Below, piece by piece: positions 1-7,753 of a stretch of DNA of 37,474 nt. The notes under the pieces were generated by a model. That model had not been told where the DNA came from, did not search any database, and worked only from the letters and a program-made list of their open reading frames with translations. Position 1 is the stretch's first letter; the number at the start of each line of letters is the position of its first letter. Location of the stretch: the IMG/VR virus record IMGVR_UViG_3300017971_000152; one strand, 5' to 3'. The position numbers and the translations under genes are program-made. The DNA comes from a virus.

Positions 1-123
1 GCTGACGCATGAGGTGACAACATGAGAGTGCCGCACAACAACCGCCACACATACTGCCCACACAGCCTGAGGGTGCTGTTTCTGACGCTGACCCTTGGCC
101 TGACCCTGTTGTGCGGCACCTCA
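1..123. repeat. Left copy of an exact 123-bp terminal direct repeat (identical to 37352..37474). This is a contig-end overlap implying a circular, circularly permuted or terminally redundant genome of 37,351 bp.
   Basis: Read directly: gctgacgcatgaggtgacaacatgagagtg...ttgtgcggcacctca occurs at both ends. The stop of ORF 35870..37363 and the start of ORF 22..816 are both duplicated. Confidence 0.9.
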
Positions 124-816
124 CAGGCTGACGTGGCCACAGTGTACGTTGCCGCCAGTGGTGACGACGGGTACACATATTGTCAAGGCACTGAGTTCTT
201 ACCTTTTTACACGTGGTGGCACATTTGCTCAGGCACGTGGGGGTCAAAAAACGCCAACACATCGTTTGGGACCATACCAGTTGGCGCAAGGTACACAGCG
301 GCTCAAACCGATTTTGTTTTTTGGCGTGGCCGCGTGAGGTTTGACCTCAGTGGACTCAAGGGTACTGTGACCACGGCAGAGCTCAGAGTGTTTATATGGC
401 GCAACAGTGAGACTCTTGGGTCAATAACAGTCAAACGCATTGCTGACGACTGGCCTATTGACTCGAGTGACTACGGCACCGGCGGTGTCTTTATTGGCAG
501 CAAGGCGTTTCCAGTCAGCGTGGGTCAATACAACCACATTGCGGTCAACGCTGACACCGTCACCGCGCACATGGGTACTGGCGCGTACCTGTGCTTGGGA
601 GTTGGCACCACCAGGATTGAGTCATGTGCTGGCCCACAACCAACAGGCAACCACTTTTTCGACTTTTACACATATGACTTTGGGTCAAACCAACCGTACC
701 TATACATTGAGTACACACCGCCGGCTGTGCCGCCAAGTGGCCGCCGGCAACCAGTGGTATGCGTCACAGGCAACGTGGCTGACGCCGGCTCGTATTATAT
801 GGGGGGTGTGAAATGA
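22..816 (+). CDS. Secreted or exported protein of the tail-fibre module, with an N-terminal signal peptide and a possible DNRLRE/CBM-like beta-sandwich
   Basis: ATG is preceded by GAGGTGA. The N-terminus LRVLFLTLTLGLTLLCGTSQA/DV looks like a signal peptide with an AXA-type site. The motif RVRFDLSGLKGTVTTAELRVFIW resembles the FDLS...A.L.ly signature of DNRLRE-type domains. ATGA overlap with the next gene. Confidence 0.75.
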   Translation: MRVPHNNRHTYCPHSLRVLFLTLTLGLTLLCGTSQADVATVYVAASGDDGYTYCQGTEFLPFYTWWHICSGTWGSKNANTSFGTIPVGARYTAAQTDFVFWRGRVRFDLSGLKGTVTTAELRVFIWRNSETLGSITVKRIADDWPIDSSDYGTGGVFIGSKAFPVSVGQYNHIAVNADTVTAHMGTGAYLCLGVGTTRIESCAGPQPTGNHFFDFYTYDFGSNQPYLYIEYTPPAVPPSGRRQPVVCVTGNVADAGSYYMGGVK

Positions 817-1868
817 CACGCTCACAGAGGTTGTGTGTTGCCGTCATGGCAGTGCTCTTGGCTCTCGTCGTCAACCAGTGCGTGCTCACGGTGGCCGTGG
901 CTCAGCACATACACGTACCTGGCACCAAACACCTCGTGCCGGTTGTGCCGGCTGACTCACTGGGCAACGCATACGAGTTGTACGAGGCTGAAATTGACAG
1001 TGTCGTCATGCGCACGTACCTAGTGGTCAACGGTGTGGCCACGCTGTGGCGGGTTGACTACGGTGACAGTTTGGGGCCAGGACTGTGGGGCAAGGTCATT
1101 GACGCTGACAGCGCCGGCGTACAAGGTGACTATGTGTGCCGGTCAGTCATATACACCGTACAAGGGCGCACGCCACCCTCTGTGGACCGTTGGCAAGTCA
1201 GTGACGACTTTGACATATTTGGCAATGTGCCGGTCACCATTGTCTGTGTGGACACGTCACAAACACCTGACGCGGCTGTGCCGGCGGCCACTGTGACCGT
1301 GCGCTCGAGTGACGGTTGGGTTGTTGCTCATGGCCGTGCCAACAGCGCCGGCGTTTTCAGTTTCACGTACCCTGAGCCCGACAACCCTGACACCCTCTTG
1401 GTTGGCGGTGAAACTGTGCCTGGTGGCGTGCAGTTTCCCGCGGCTGAAAGCCTCTTTGTGTACCAAACGGCTGTCACTGACAGCCTCTTGGGGTATGAGT
1501 TTGACCCTGGTGACCCAGTCAACCCCATGAGAGTCATGGCCGTTGGGTACTTGCAAGAGGGTACCGGCCAGGGTGTGCCCAACGTGACCATTGAGTGTGA
1601 GCTTGTAGTGCCGCCAGGGTACACCAACATACCCACAGTCACCTCAACGGGCGCGTTTGTTATGAGCCCATTTGACACCACCACTGCCGCTGACGGCACG
1701 TTTGTATTTGAGTTGTACCGCAACTCTGACATAACACCCGCCAACACCCAGTGGCGGGTCACCACCAAATACACTGACTACCTCAGCCGCCGGCGTTACA
1801 AGCAACAGACTTTCAGCATTGGTGCGGCTGACTCGAGCCCATATAACATTGGCAAACTGGGGGGTTGA
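813..1868 (+). CDS. Secreted protein with two carboxypeptidase-regulatory-like (Ig-like) beta-sandwich segments; probable tail-fibre accessory or adhesin
   Basis: Signal-peptide-like N-terminus CVAVMAVLLALVVNQCVLTVAVA/QH. ATVTVRSSDGWVVAHGRANSAGVFSF and TTAADGTFVFELY match the V.V.d.G....td..G.f.f pattern. SD is GGGGGG. Confidence 0.75.
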   Translation: MTRSQRLCVAVMAVLLALVVNQCVLTVAVAQHIHVPGTKHLVPVVPADSLGNAYELYEAEIDSVVMRTYLVVNGVATLWRVDYGDSLGPGLWGKVIDADSAGVQGDYVCRSVIYTVQGRTPPSVDRWQVSDDFDIFGNVPVTIVCVDTSQTPDAAVPAATVTVRSSDGWVVAHGRANSAGVFSFTYPEPDNPDTLLVGGETVPGGVQFPAAESLFVYQTAVTDSLLGYEFDPGDPVNPMRVMAVGYLQEGTGQGVPNVTIECELVVPPGYTNIPTVTSTGAFVMSPFDTTTAADGTFVFELYRNSDITPANTQWRVTTKYTDYLSRRRYKQQTFSIGAADSSPYNIGKLGG

Positions 1869-1871
1869 CCA

Positions 1872-2222
1872 TTGGACACGGCAGAGCTCGTCAAACTGGG
1901 TGCCGCGGTTGGTGTTCCCCTTGGTGGTACGGTTGCCGTGGGGGTGTGGTTTGCTCTTGGGCGCACTGTTGGCTCACTCAATGGCAGTGTCACCAAGCTC
2001 AAGGCATTGCTCGAGGTTGAGGTGAAACAGCGTGAACAACTCAAGGCTGACCTTGAGGGTGACCGGCGTGAGCTCAAAAAGGACATGACAACGGCACTCG
2101 AAAAGTGTGCGGCAATGCACACACGAGAGCATGAAACTATTTTCAGCCGGCTCAACCGTCATGGTGAGAGCATTGCGGCACTCAAGGCTCAAGAGGTCAA
2201 GGCAAAGAGAGGTGCGTCATGA
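1872..2222 (+). CDS. Membrane-anchored coiled-coil protein (holin, antiholin or spanin-like candidate)
   Basis: TTG start 7 nt after GGGGGG. One N-terminal TM segment (GAAVGVPLGGTVAVGVWFALG) followed by a charged coiled coil. Sits upstream of the endolysin. Confidence 0.6.
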   Translation: MDTAELVKLGAAVGVPLGGTVAVGVWFALGRTVGSLNGSVTKLKALLEVEVKQREQLKADLEGDRRELKKDMTTALEKCAAMHTREHETIFSRLNRHGESIAALKAQEVKAKRGAS

Positions 2223-2422
2223 AAGTACCGCCATACATGAAAATGCCGCCACACGTCGAGGTCAGCGGCCTCAAAGTGAGTACAGGCATGAGCATTGTGG
2301 CCGTCATACTCGTTGGGGGGTATGTGGCACTGTGCGTCAAAAACGGCAACCTCGAGGCTCTCAGCGCACCCATGTGGTTTGCGTTGGGTTGGTTTCAGCG
2401 TGGGCGCACTCAAAAGGTATGA
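2219..2422 (+). CDS. Small two-TM membrane protein (class II holin candidate)
   Basis: 67 aa with TM segments MSIVAVILVGGYVALCV and LSAPMWFALGWF. ATGA overlaps at both ends. Confidence 0.6.
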   Translation: MKVPPYMKMPPHVEVSGLKVSTGMSIVAVILVGGYVALCVKNGNLEALSAPMWFALGWFQRGRTQKV

Positions 2423-2925
2423 CTATGGGGCAAGAGGCACTCATTGGCGTTGACGGTGGCCCAACGCCAGGGTGGTGCGTCACCAACGTGGTGGCAACCA
2501 GGGTGTTGGCATGGGGTACGGCTGACAGCGTACTTGACCTCAGGCTCAACCTGAGGCCATTTCTGCAAACGTACCGCGTGCGTGGCGTTGCCATTGAGCA
2601 ACCCATACACAGAGCTCAAGGTAAGTATGTCAAGGCCGGTGGCGCACCCAACTGGGTGACATATGGCTTGTTGTTGTGCCTCACGGCTGACTTTGACCTC
2701 GAGCTCAAAGAGGTCAACCCCGCGACGGCGGCCAGGGTGGCAAGTGGTGGTATTGTGTCAGCCACCAAGGCTGACATGAAACGAGGCATTGAGAGTGAGT
2801 TTGAGAGCTTGCCTCACTGGTTGGGGCCGGCTACAACTGACGCCAGGCAAAAGAGAGAGTTGAAACAACATGCGTACGACGCTGTGGCAGTGGTTTTAGG
2901 CGCACGAGCCAAGGGGGTTTTCTAA
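2419..2925 (+). CDS. RuvC-like Holliday-junction resolvase
   Basis: LIGVDGGPTPGW (first catalytic Asp), VAIEQP (Glu) and HAYDAVAVVLGA (C-terminal Asp) match the RuvC fold motifs. I use the internal ATG at 2419 (ATGA overlap with the upstream stop) rather than the ORF-track start at 2107. Confidence 0.7.
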   Translation: MTMGQEALIGVDGGPTPGWCVTNVVATRVLAWGTADSVLDLRLNLRPFLQTYRVRGVAIEQPIHRAQGKYVKAGGAPNWVTYGLLLCLTADFDLELKEVNPATAARVASGGIVSATKADMKRGIESEFESLPHWLGPATTDARQKRELKQHAYDAVAVVLGARAKGVF

Positions 2926-3389
2926 TGAGTACAGTGAGCATTGACAAAAAGGCGCTCGAGCAAGTCATTGCGTACATAAGTACGGCAGTTGACCTCGACA
3001 AGCTCAAGAGCACCTGGCGCAAACTGGTGGCTCTCATAAGGGGCAACCCGTTTGACAGTCTGACAGAGCTCAAACAAACGGGTGAGGCACTGGCCACGCT
3101 CGTCATTGGCCTCATGGCCGCGGCTGAGGTTGCGGTGGCCGCTATCAAAGAGGCCAACCCTGACACTCAGGCCGGCCAACTCAAGCTCGAGGCCGTCACC
3201 CGCGTGCTCGACGACGTCATTGACATTGGTGGCCCATTTGGCGTCATTGCAGAGCGTTTCGACGACGACGCCATACGGGTGGCGCTCACACTCTTGGTTG
3301 GTATGCTCAACAAGCTCGTGGCCAAGGGTGAGAGTTGGGTTGACCTGTTGCCTGAGGACATGAAACCTCAGCCGGCACCTGGCCACTAA
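2925..3389 (+). CDS. Hypothetical protein, possibly related to LL-H-type holins or lysis accessory proteins
   Basis: TAATG overlap with the resolvase gene. Hydrophobic central helix LATLVIGLMAAAEVAVAAI. The C-terminal FDDDAIRVALTLLV resembles the aIEaaV tail of LL-H holins, but the match is weak. Confidence 0.6.
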   Translation: MSTVSIDKKALEQVIAYISTAVDLDKLKSTWRKLVALIRGNPFDSLTELKQTGEALATLVIGLMAAAEVAVAAIKEANPDTQAGQLKLEAVTRVLDDVIDIGGPFGVIAERFDDDAIRVALTLLVGMLNKLVAKGESWVDLLPEDMKPQPAPGH

Positions 3390-3406
3390 CATACAGGTGC
3401 ATGTGC

Positions 3407-3436
3407 AACCAACCAACCAACCGGCCTCGTGGCCGG
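3407..3436 (+). other. (AACC)x4 microsatellite running into a 6-bp GC hairpin (ccggcc tcgt ggccgg) just upstream of the endolysin RBS
   Basis: Read directly. No T-run follows, so this is not a classic terminator. Confidence 0.4.
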
Positions 3437-3449
3437 CTGAGGTACTAAC

Positions 3450-3899
3450 ATGCAACTCAGGTTTGGTGAGCTCGACGACACACCGGCCAGGCGCCAAGAG
3501 TTGCGCCGGCAGTTTGACGAGTTACGCAGTCGCACACCACGGCTGACTCAAATGGTGTACGAGGCCGCCGGTTTTGTCCTTGACCAGTTTGGCTCAGCGG
3601 TGTGCGTCACGTCAGTGTACCGGCCTGACAACCCACGCTCAGTACATGCGTGGTGGCGTGGTGTGGACATTGGCCGCAACTCGACTGGGCTGACCCGCGC
3701 ACAAATGGGTGACCTGGCCTTGTACCTCAACCAACTGTGGGTGTATGCCACCGGCGGCAACCTGTGGGCATGTGTGTACGGTGAGCTCGACAAGTACCGC
3801 CGGCACTGGGACCACTGCCACTTGCAGTGCCACCCTGACACCCATTTGAGGCCACGGCCACTCAGCCTGGCCAGACTGCCGTGTGTGCCGGCTGTTTGA
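3450..3899 (+). CDS. Zinc peptidase M15-like endolysin (VanY or L-Ala-D-Glu peptidase type)
   Basis: SVHAWWRGVD is an H-x6-D motif, and WDHCH is a D-H-x-H motif. Together they form the M15 zinc-ligand pattern. SD is GAGG, 7 nt upstream. Confidence 0.65.
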   Translation: MQLRFGELDDTPARRQELRRQFDELRSRTPRLTQMVYEAAGFVLDQFGSAVCVTSVYRPDNPRSVHAWWRGVDIGRNSTGLTRAQMGDLALYLNQLWVYATGGNLWACVYGELDKYRRHWDHCHLQCHPDTHLRPRPLSLARLPCVPAV

Positions 3900-3983
3900 G
3901 GGGGTCACTGGCCACAGGCGCCAGGCGCCACCAGGCTCAAGAGAGGCCACCAGGTGAAACAGTGAGGGGCCACCTGAGAAAAT

Positions 3984-4003
3984 GCCTCTGAGAGCCTCTG
4001 AGA
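3984..4003. repeat. Tandem 10-bp direct repeat gcctctgaga x2, inside a cluster of GAGGCCA[CT] boxes (3943, 3964 variant, 4006, 4039)
   Basis: Read directly in the large non-coding region. Confidence 0.7.
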
Positions 4004-4154
4004 GAGAGGCCACAAACAGGCCGTTTTAGGCCGGTTGTGAGGCCATACAGCCACTCATGGCTCAAGGCAAGGGTGGCCGCTGTCCAAACTGGGCTCACGG
4101 TGCGCCTGGCATGGGCCACAGTGCGGTTTCACCACTACCGCCGGCGGCCACCAT

Positions 4155-4214
4155 AACTGACACCAACTGACACCAACTGACACCAACTGACACCAACTGA
4201 CACCAACTGACACC
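4155..4214. repeat. Six perfect tandem copies of the 10-bp unit AACTGACACC
   Basis: Read directly. Degenerate copies flank the array and the period is one helical turn. The region is non-coding and the array abuts the terminator at 4222. Confidence 0.95.
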
Positions 4215-4221
4215 ACCGCAA

Positions 4222-4264
4222 GGGGGTGGCCAATAATTGGCCACCCTCTTTTGTCTGTTTTTCC
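4222..4264 (+). terminator. Rho-independent terminator ending the late/lysis transcription unit
   Basis: The 10-bp GC-rich stem gggggtggcc/ggccaccctc has one G.U pair and a 7-nt loop aataatt. The tail ttttgtctgttttt follows. Confidence 0.7.
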
Positions 4265-4377
4265 TCTTGACACCTGAGCACCAGTGGGCCACCCTGTGCC
4301 ACATGGGGGTACCGGCTCAAGCTCACCTGGCCGGTTGACGACAACTGAGGCGAGAGCTCTTGACTGTGAGGGGGAAT

Positions 4378-4575
4378 ATGGGCAAGCCACTATACAAAGT
4401 CGTACGTGTGAAATGTCGCAACGAGGCACGCACAGAGTTGACCAGGTTGGCCGGCAAACTGCAAGGCCGCAAGGGCAACGACAAACCCAAACACACCGCT
4501 GACGTCATTGACGTGCTCTTGGGTCATGTACCCAAGTGTAAGTCATTGCGCAGTGCTCTTGGCATTGAGTCATAA
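4378..4575 (+). CDS. Small DNA-binding protein, possibly a ribbon-helix-helix regulator; first early gene
   Basis: ATG follows GAGGGGGAAT. PLYKVVRVKCRNEARTELTRLA looks like a beta-strand plus helix, and HTADVIDVLL like a second helix. Confidence 0.5.
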   Translation: MGKPLYKVVRVKCRNEARTELTRLAGKLQGRKGNDKPKHTADVIDVLLGHVPKCKSLRSALGIES

Positions 4576-4577
4576 GG

Positions 4578-4850
4578 ATGGCAACCATACTGGCGTTGTA
4601 TAACTCTGACGGTTGTGTTGGCCGTTGTGACGCTAAGTGCCACGAGGCAAAAGGTACTGAGTGCCGCTGTATATGTGGCGGCAAATACCACGGCAGAGGG
4701 GGGGCACGTCACTCTGAGTTGTTGACACTTGACCCGCGTGAGCTCGAGGGGGTGAAACAGCACGCTCACGAGGACGGGTTGCACCTGGTGGTGGCCGGCG
4801 TTTCTCTAGTGGACCTAAGAAAACGGCCACGGCAGTGTGAGTTGTTTTGA
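4578..4850 (+). CDS. Cys-rich putative zinc-binding protein
   Basis: GRCDAKCHEAKGTECRCICGGKYHGRG cysteine cluster. SD is AAGG. Confidence 0.6.
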   Translation: MATILALYNSDGCVGRCDAKCHEAKGTECRCICGGKYHGRGGARHSELLTLDPRELEGVKQHAHEDGLHLVVAGVSLVDLRKRPRQCELF

Positions 4851-4966
4851 CGTGGTGAGGGTGTGCCGTGCCGGCTGAGTAGTTAGTTGTGCGTCAGAAA
4901 CTACCCACTGGTACGCATGTTGTGAAAGCCGGCGGCACCCTCACCACACCTCAAGGGGGTTGCGAC

Positions 4967-5242
4967 ATGGCACATGTCTGTGACATTTGTGACAGCCAAG
5001 CGAAACACGTTGACGAGGTCAAGAGGTACCACGTGCTCTTGGTGCCTGAGGTTGAGGTGCTCAACCCTCAGCGCACACGGGCTGACCTCTTGCGGCACAG
5101 CGTCAGGGTTGTTGACCTCTGCCAAGGTGACACCACATGCCCGGCATTTGTCATCAATGGCATAGTCAAGGGGTTGACGCACGCCAAGGTCAGCGCATGT
5201 GGTGAGCGTGGTGCCGACAAGCCTGTTGGCTCAGTGAGGTGA
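4967..5242 (+). CDS. Small Cys-rich protein (zinc-ribbon-like)
   Basis: ATG follows AAGGGGGTTGCGAC. CDIC ... CQGDTTC motifs. The ORF-track GTG at 4889 lacks an RBS. Confidence 0.55.
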   Translation: MAHVCDICDSQAKHVDEVKRYHVLLVPEVEVLNPQRTRADLLRHSVRVVDLCQGDTTCPAFVINGIVKGLTHAKVSACGERGADKPVGSVR

Positions 5243-5245
5243 GGC

Positions 5246-5464
5246 ATGGCCGAAACACGCAAATGCCCACTGTTTGAACACGCTGACCGCACCCAACCTG
5301 ACAGGCCGCAACGAGCTCATGAGACTTGGCGGCAATGCCTTGGTACTGACTGTCAGTGGTACGAGAGCAAGTGGGGTGACTGTACTGTCAAGGTGCTCAC
5401 CGCGGTTGTTGTTGACCTCTGTGAGCATACGCGCCGGCTCATTGAGAAAACACTGAGCCATTGA
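5246..5464 (+). CDS. Small Cys-containing hypothetical protein
   Basis: SD is GAGGTGAGG; 72 aa. Confidence 0.55.
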   Translation: MAETRKCPLFEHADRTQPDRPQRAHETWRQCLGTDCQWYESKWGDCTVKVLTAVVVDLCEHTRRLIEKTLSH

Positions 5465-5518
5465 CCTGTGGCCAGGTGGTGACATGCCGCCTGGCCACGT
5501 AACTGAGAGGGGTGTTGT

Positions 5519-6439
5519 ATGGCTGAAAAAGACAAGGCGGCTGAGCCTGAGGTTGAGGTATTGCCGCCACGAGAGCCTGAAACTGAGGCCGCGTTTGTGC
5601 CTGACAAACTGTGGTCACCTGAGCACATGGCCGCGTTGGTGCGGCTTGACCCCGCCAAAACCGTGCAAATGATTGAGAAAATGGTTGAGCTCTTGCGTAT
5701 GCTCAAGCCGGCTCTCATAAAGGCCACGTACGCCGGTGACTGGGTTGGACACAAGGCCGCCGGCGGCAAAATGGTGTACCACCTCGAGGAAAAGGGTTGT
5801 CAGCGCATTGCGCCGTTGCTTGGCCTCGTCGTCATTGAGCCTCAGGTACAGCGCATAAACAACCCTGACGGCTCGTACACGTACGTGTACCGTGCCGGCG
5901 CATACTCACGCACACTGGGTGTGCAACTGCCACTCATAACTGGGGCACGCACCTCGAGTGACGAGTTTTTTGCCAACCAAAAGGGTGTGCTCGACGAGTG
6001 GGACGTGGCCAAGGCCGCGGAAACCAACTGGTACTCGAGAGCGGTGCCACGGTTGGCCGGCTTGCAAGGCATGACCATCGAGGACTTGAAAGCCGGCGGC
6101 CTCGACGGCGCCAAGGTGAGCAACATTGAGTACAAGGGCAAGAAACAAAAAGAGGCCGCACAGGCGCCACCACCCAACGGTGAGGCTGACACACGCACCA
6201 TTTCAGGACCACAGGCAAATAGGTTTTGGGCCATTGCATATGCCGCTGGCCGTGCCGTTGGTATGGCCAGTGAGGACGTGCAAGCGTGGGTACATGACTG
6301 GTTGCCCAGTCAGTTTCAGGTGGCCGGTGTTTCTGACATACCGCGCAGTATGTACGACGAGGCTGTTGACAAGCTCGTCGAGTTAGGGGGTGAGGACTTT
6401 GCCGCAGAGCAACGAGCCAAGTTTGCAGAGCGTGAGTGA
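5519..6439 (+). CDS. Putative single-strand annealing / recombination protein
   Basis: Lies immediately upstream of, and overlaps, a PD-(D/E)xK exonuclease, as in exo/bet-type modules. The C-terminal ISGPQANRFWAIAYAAG...IPRSMYDEAVDKL resembles the helical tail seen in phage annealing proteins. I did not recognise a diagnostic family motif. Confidence 0.45.
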   Translation: MAEKDKAAEPEVEVLPPREPETEAAFVPDKLWSPEHMAALVRLDPAKTVQMIEKMVELLRMLKPALIKATYAGDWVGHKAAGGKMVYHLEEKGCQRIAPLLGLVVIEPQVQRINNPDGSYTYVYRAGAYSRTLGVQLPLITGARTSSDEFFANQKGVLDEWDVAKAAETNWYSRAVPRLAGLQGMTIEDLKAGGLDGAKVSNIEYKGKKQKEAAQAPPPNGEADTRTISGPQANRFWAIAYAAGRAVGMASEDVQAWVHDWLPSQFQVAGVSDIPRSMYDEAVDKLVELGGEDFAAEQRAKFAERE

Positions 6440-7460
6440 GAGGCCAAGCCTGGCCGCGGCCATACTCGAGGCACGTGAGGCATATTGGCGCCGGTTGGCC
6501 CAAGAGGACGCCGGCAAGTGGCACAAGCGCAACCCAACACTGGGTACGCTTGACAAGTGTTTGCGTGCTGAGGTGCTCAGCATAACTCACTGGGATGCCA
6601 GGCCGCCGGTGTCACCTGACCTCAAGGCCAGGTTTGCCATTGGCAACGAGCGTGAGCGTGTCATTGGCCGGTTGCTCGAGGACATTGGTTTTGAGCTCGT
6701 CGAGGGTCAGAGGCCGTTTGAGCTCAATGGCCGTGACGGCACCCTCGTGGCCACTGGGCGCATTGACGGGCGCCTGAGGTGGCACGGCGCCAAGCCTGTG
6801 TATGAGTGCAAGAGTATGCACCCCAATTTCTTTGCACAGGTGCGGTGCCTCGAGGACTTGCACACGTGGCCGTGGACTGAGCGGTACCTGTGGCAAATAC
6901 AAGGGTACCTCTTGGCCGCTGATGAGAGTGAGGGGCTCATTGTCCTTGACAACCTCTTGGGTGGCCTCAAGGTGTTTGACGTCACTCTTGACCTCGAGGT
7001 GGCTGAGTGGGTGCTGAGCCACTGTGAAAAGGTTGTTGAGTACCTCAAGCGTGACGAGGTGCCGCCATTTCACTCTGACCCGTCACATTGCCGGCGTTGT
7101 GAGTGGCGTGGCCGGCAGTGCAACCCTGAGCTTGACCACGGACCTGGCATTGTCATGCTGAGTGACCCTGAGTTGGCCGCTGAGCTCGTCGAGCGTGAGA
7201 AACTCGACGAGGCACGCAAGAGGTATGACGAGCTCGACAAACACGCCAAGGCCGCTGTCAAGGCCACGTTGCCGGCCAGGTTTGAGGTTGGTGACATACA
7301 CCGTGTCATTGTTGGTGACTTTATGGCCACCGCCAAGGGCACTAAGTACACCTCGTATGACATACCGGCAGACGTCAAGGCCAAGTATGCAACGCCTGGC
7401 ATACAGGTGCGCACGTCGTTTGACAGGCTCATTGAGCCAACCTCTGAGAGTGAGGGGTAA
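6390..7460 (+). CDS. Cas4/RecB-like PD-(D/E)xK exonuclease with a C-terminal Cys cluster
   Basis: Motifs GRIDG, YECK (E-x-K), QIQGY (QxxxY) and HCRRCEWRGRQC. The start is uncertain: GTG 6390, TTG 6399 or GTG 6432. Confidence 0.7.
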   Translation: MRTLPQSNEPSLQSVSERPSLAAAILEAREAYWRRLAQEDAGKWHKRNPTLGTLDKCLRAEVLSITHWDARPPVSPDLKARFAIGNERERVIGRLLEDIGFELVEGQRPFELNGRDGTLVATGRIDGRLRWHGAKPVYECKSMHPNFFAQVRCLEDLHTWPWTERYLWQIQGYLLAADESEGLIVLDNLLGGLKVFDVTLDLEVAEWVLSHCEKVVEYLKRDEVPPFHSDPSHCRRCEWRGRQCNPELDHGPGIVMLSDPELAAELVEREKLDEARKRYDELDKHAKAAVKATLPARFEVGDIHRVIVGDFMATAKGTKYTSYDIPADVKAKYATPGIQVRTSFDRLIEPTSESEG

Positions 7461-7528
7461 GAGACACAACCAGGGTGGCCGTTTGAGGTGTGGTGCCGGA
7501 GAGGCCGCAACACATTTGTTTTTTCTCA

Positions 7529-7753
7529 ATGGCCGCACTGGCATTGCAAGAGGGTGGTGGTCAGGGTGCCACCATACCTCTGTGCGTTGGTGTTGGGTGT
7601 CCCGCGTGGGCCATGCGCCGTGACGGTGGCGGTGTTTGTGCGTTTGTGGCCGCGGCACATGCGCTCATTGGACTCAACCAGGCCGCACGTCAGGTGCCAA
7701 TGCCCATTGACCCCAACATACTCAAGGGGCCATTTGGGTTGGGCCAGTCATGA
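7529..7753 (+). CDS. Hypothetical protein
   Basis: This frame is chosen because its stop overlaps the next start (ATGA at 7750). The start could instead be 7490. Confidence 0.4.
   Translation: MAALALQEGGGQGATIPLCVGVGCPAWAMRRDGGGVCAFVAAAHALIGLNQAARQVPMPIDPNILKGPFGLGQS

Noticed and set aside
2107-2418. N-terminal extension of the resolvase ORF (track start 2107)
   Set aside because: It overlaps two better-supported membrane-protein ORFs. The RuvC homology begins right after ATG 2419, which has an ATGA overlap with the upstream stop.
4155-4214. Possible CRISPR array, given the regular short repeats
   Set aside because: The units are contiguous 10-mers with no spacers and no cas genes. This is a tandem repeat, not a CRISPR array.
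3900-4220. tRNA or other structured RNA gene in the non-coding hub
   Set aside because: There is no GTTCGAATC-like T-loop box and no cloverleaf-compatible pairing. Only short hairpins are present. A small RNA cannot be excluded, but nothing in the sequence supports one.
4267-4300. Sigma70-type early promoter at TTGACA (4267), and similarly at 14514
   Set aside because: The -35 boxes are perfect, but no acceptable -10 hexamer lies at 16 to 18 bp. The host's promoter consensus is unknown, so these are mentioned only as motifs.
4055-4429. 124-aa minus-strand ORF spanning the non-coding hub, considered as a possible divergently transcribed repressor
   Set aside because: It reads straight through the 10-bp tandem repeats and the terminator hairpin, giving repetitive VSVGVSWCQL peptides. 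It has no RBS and no HTH motif.
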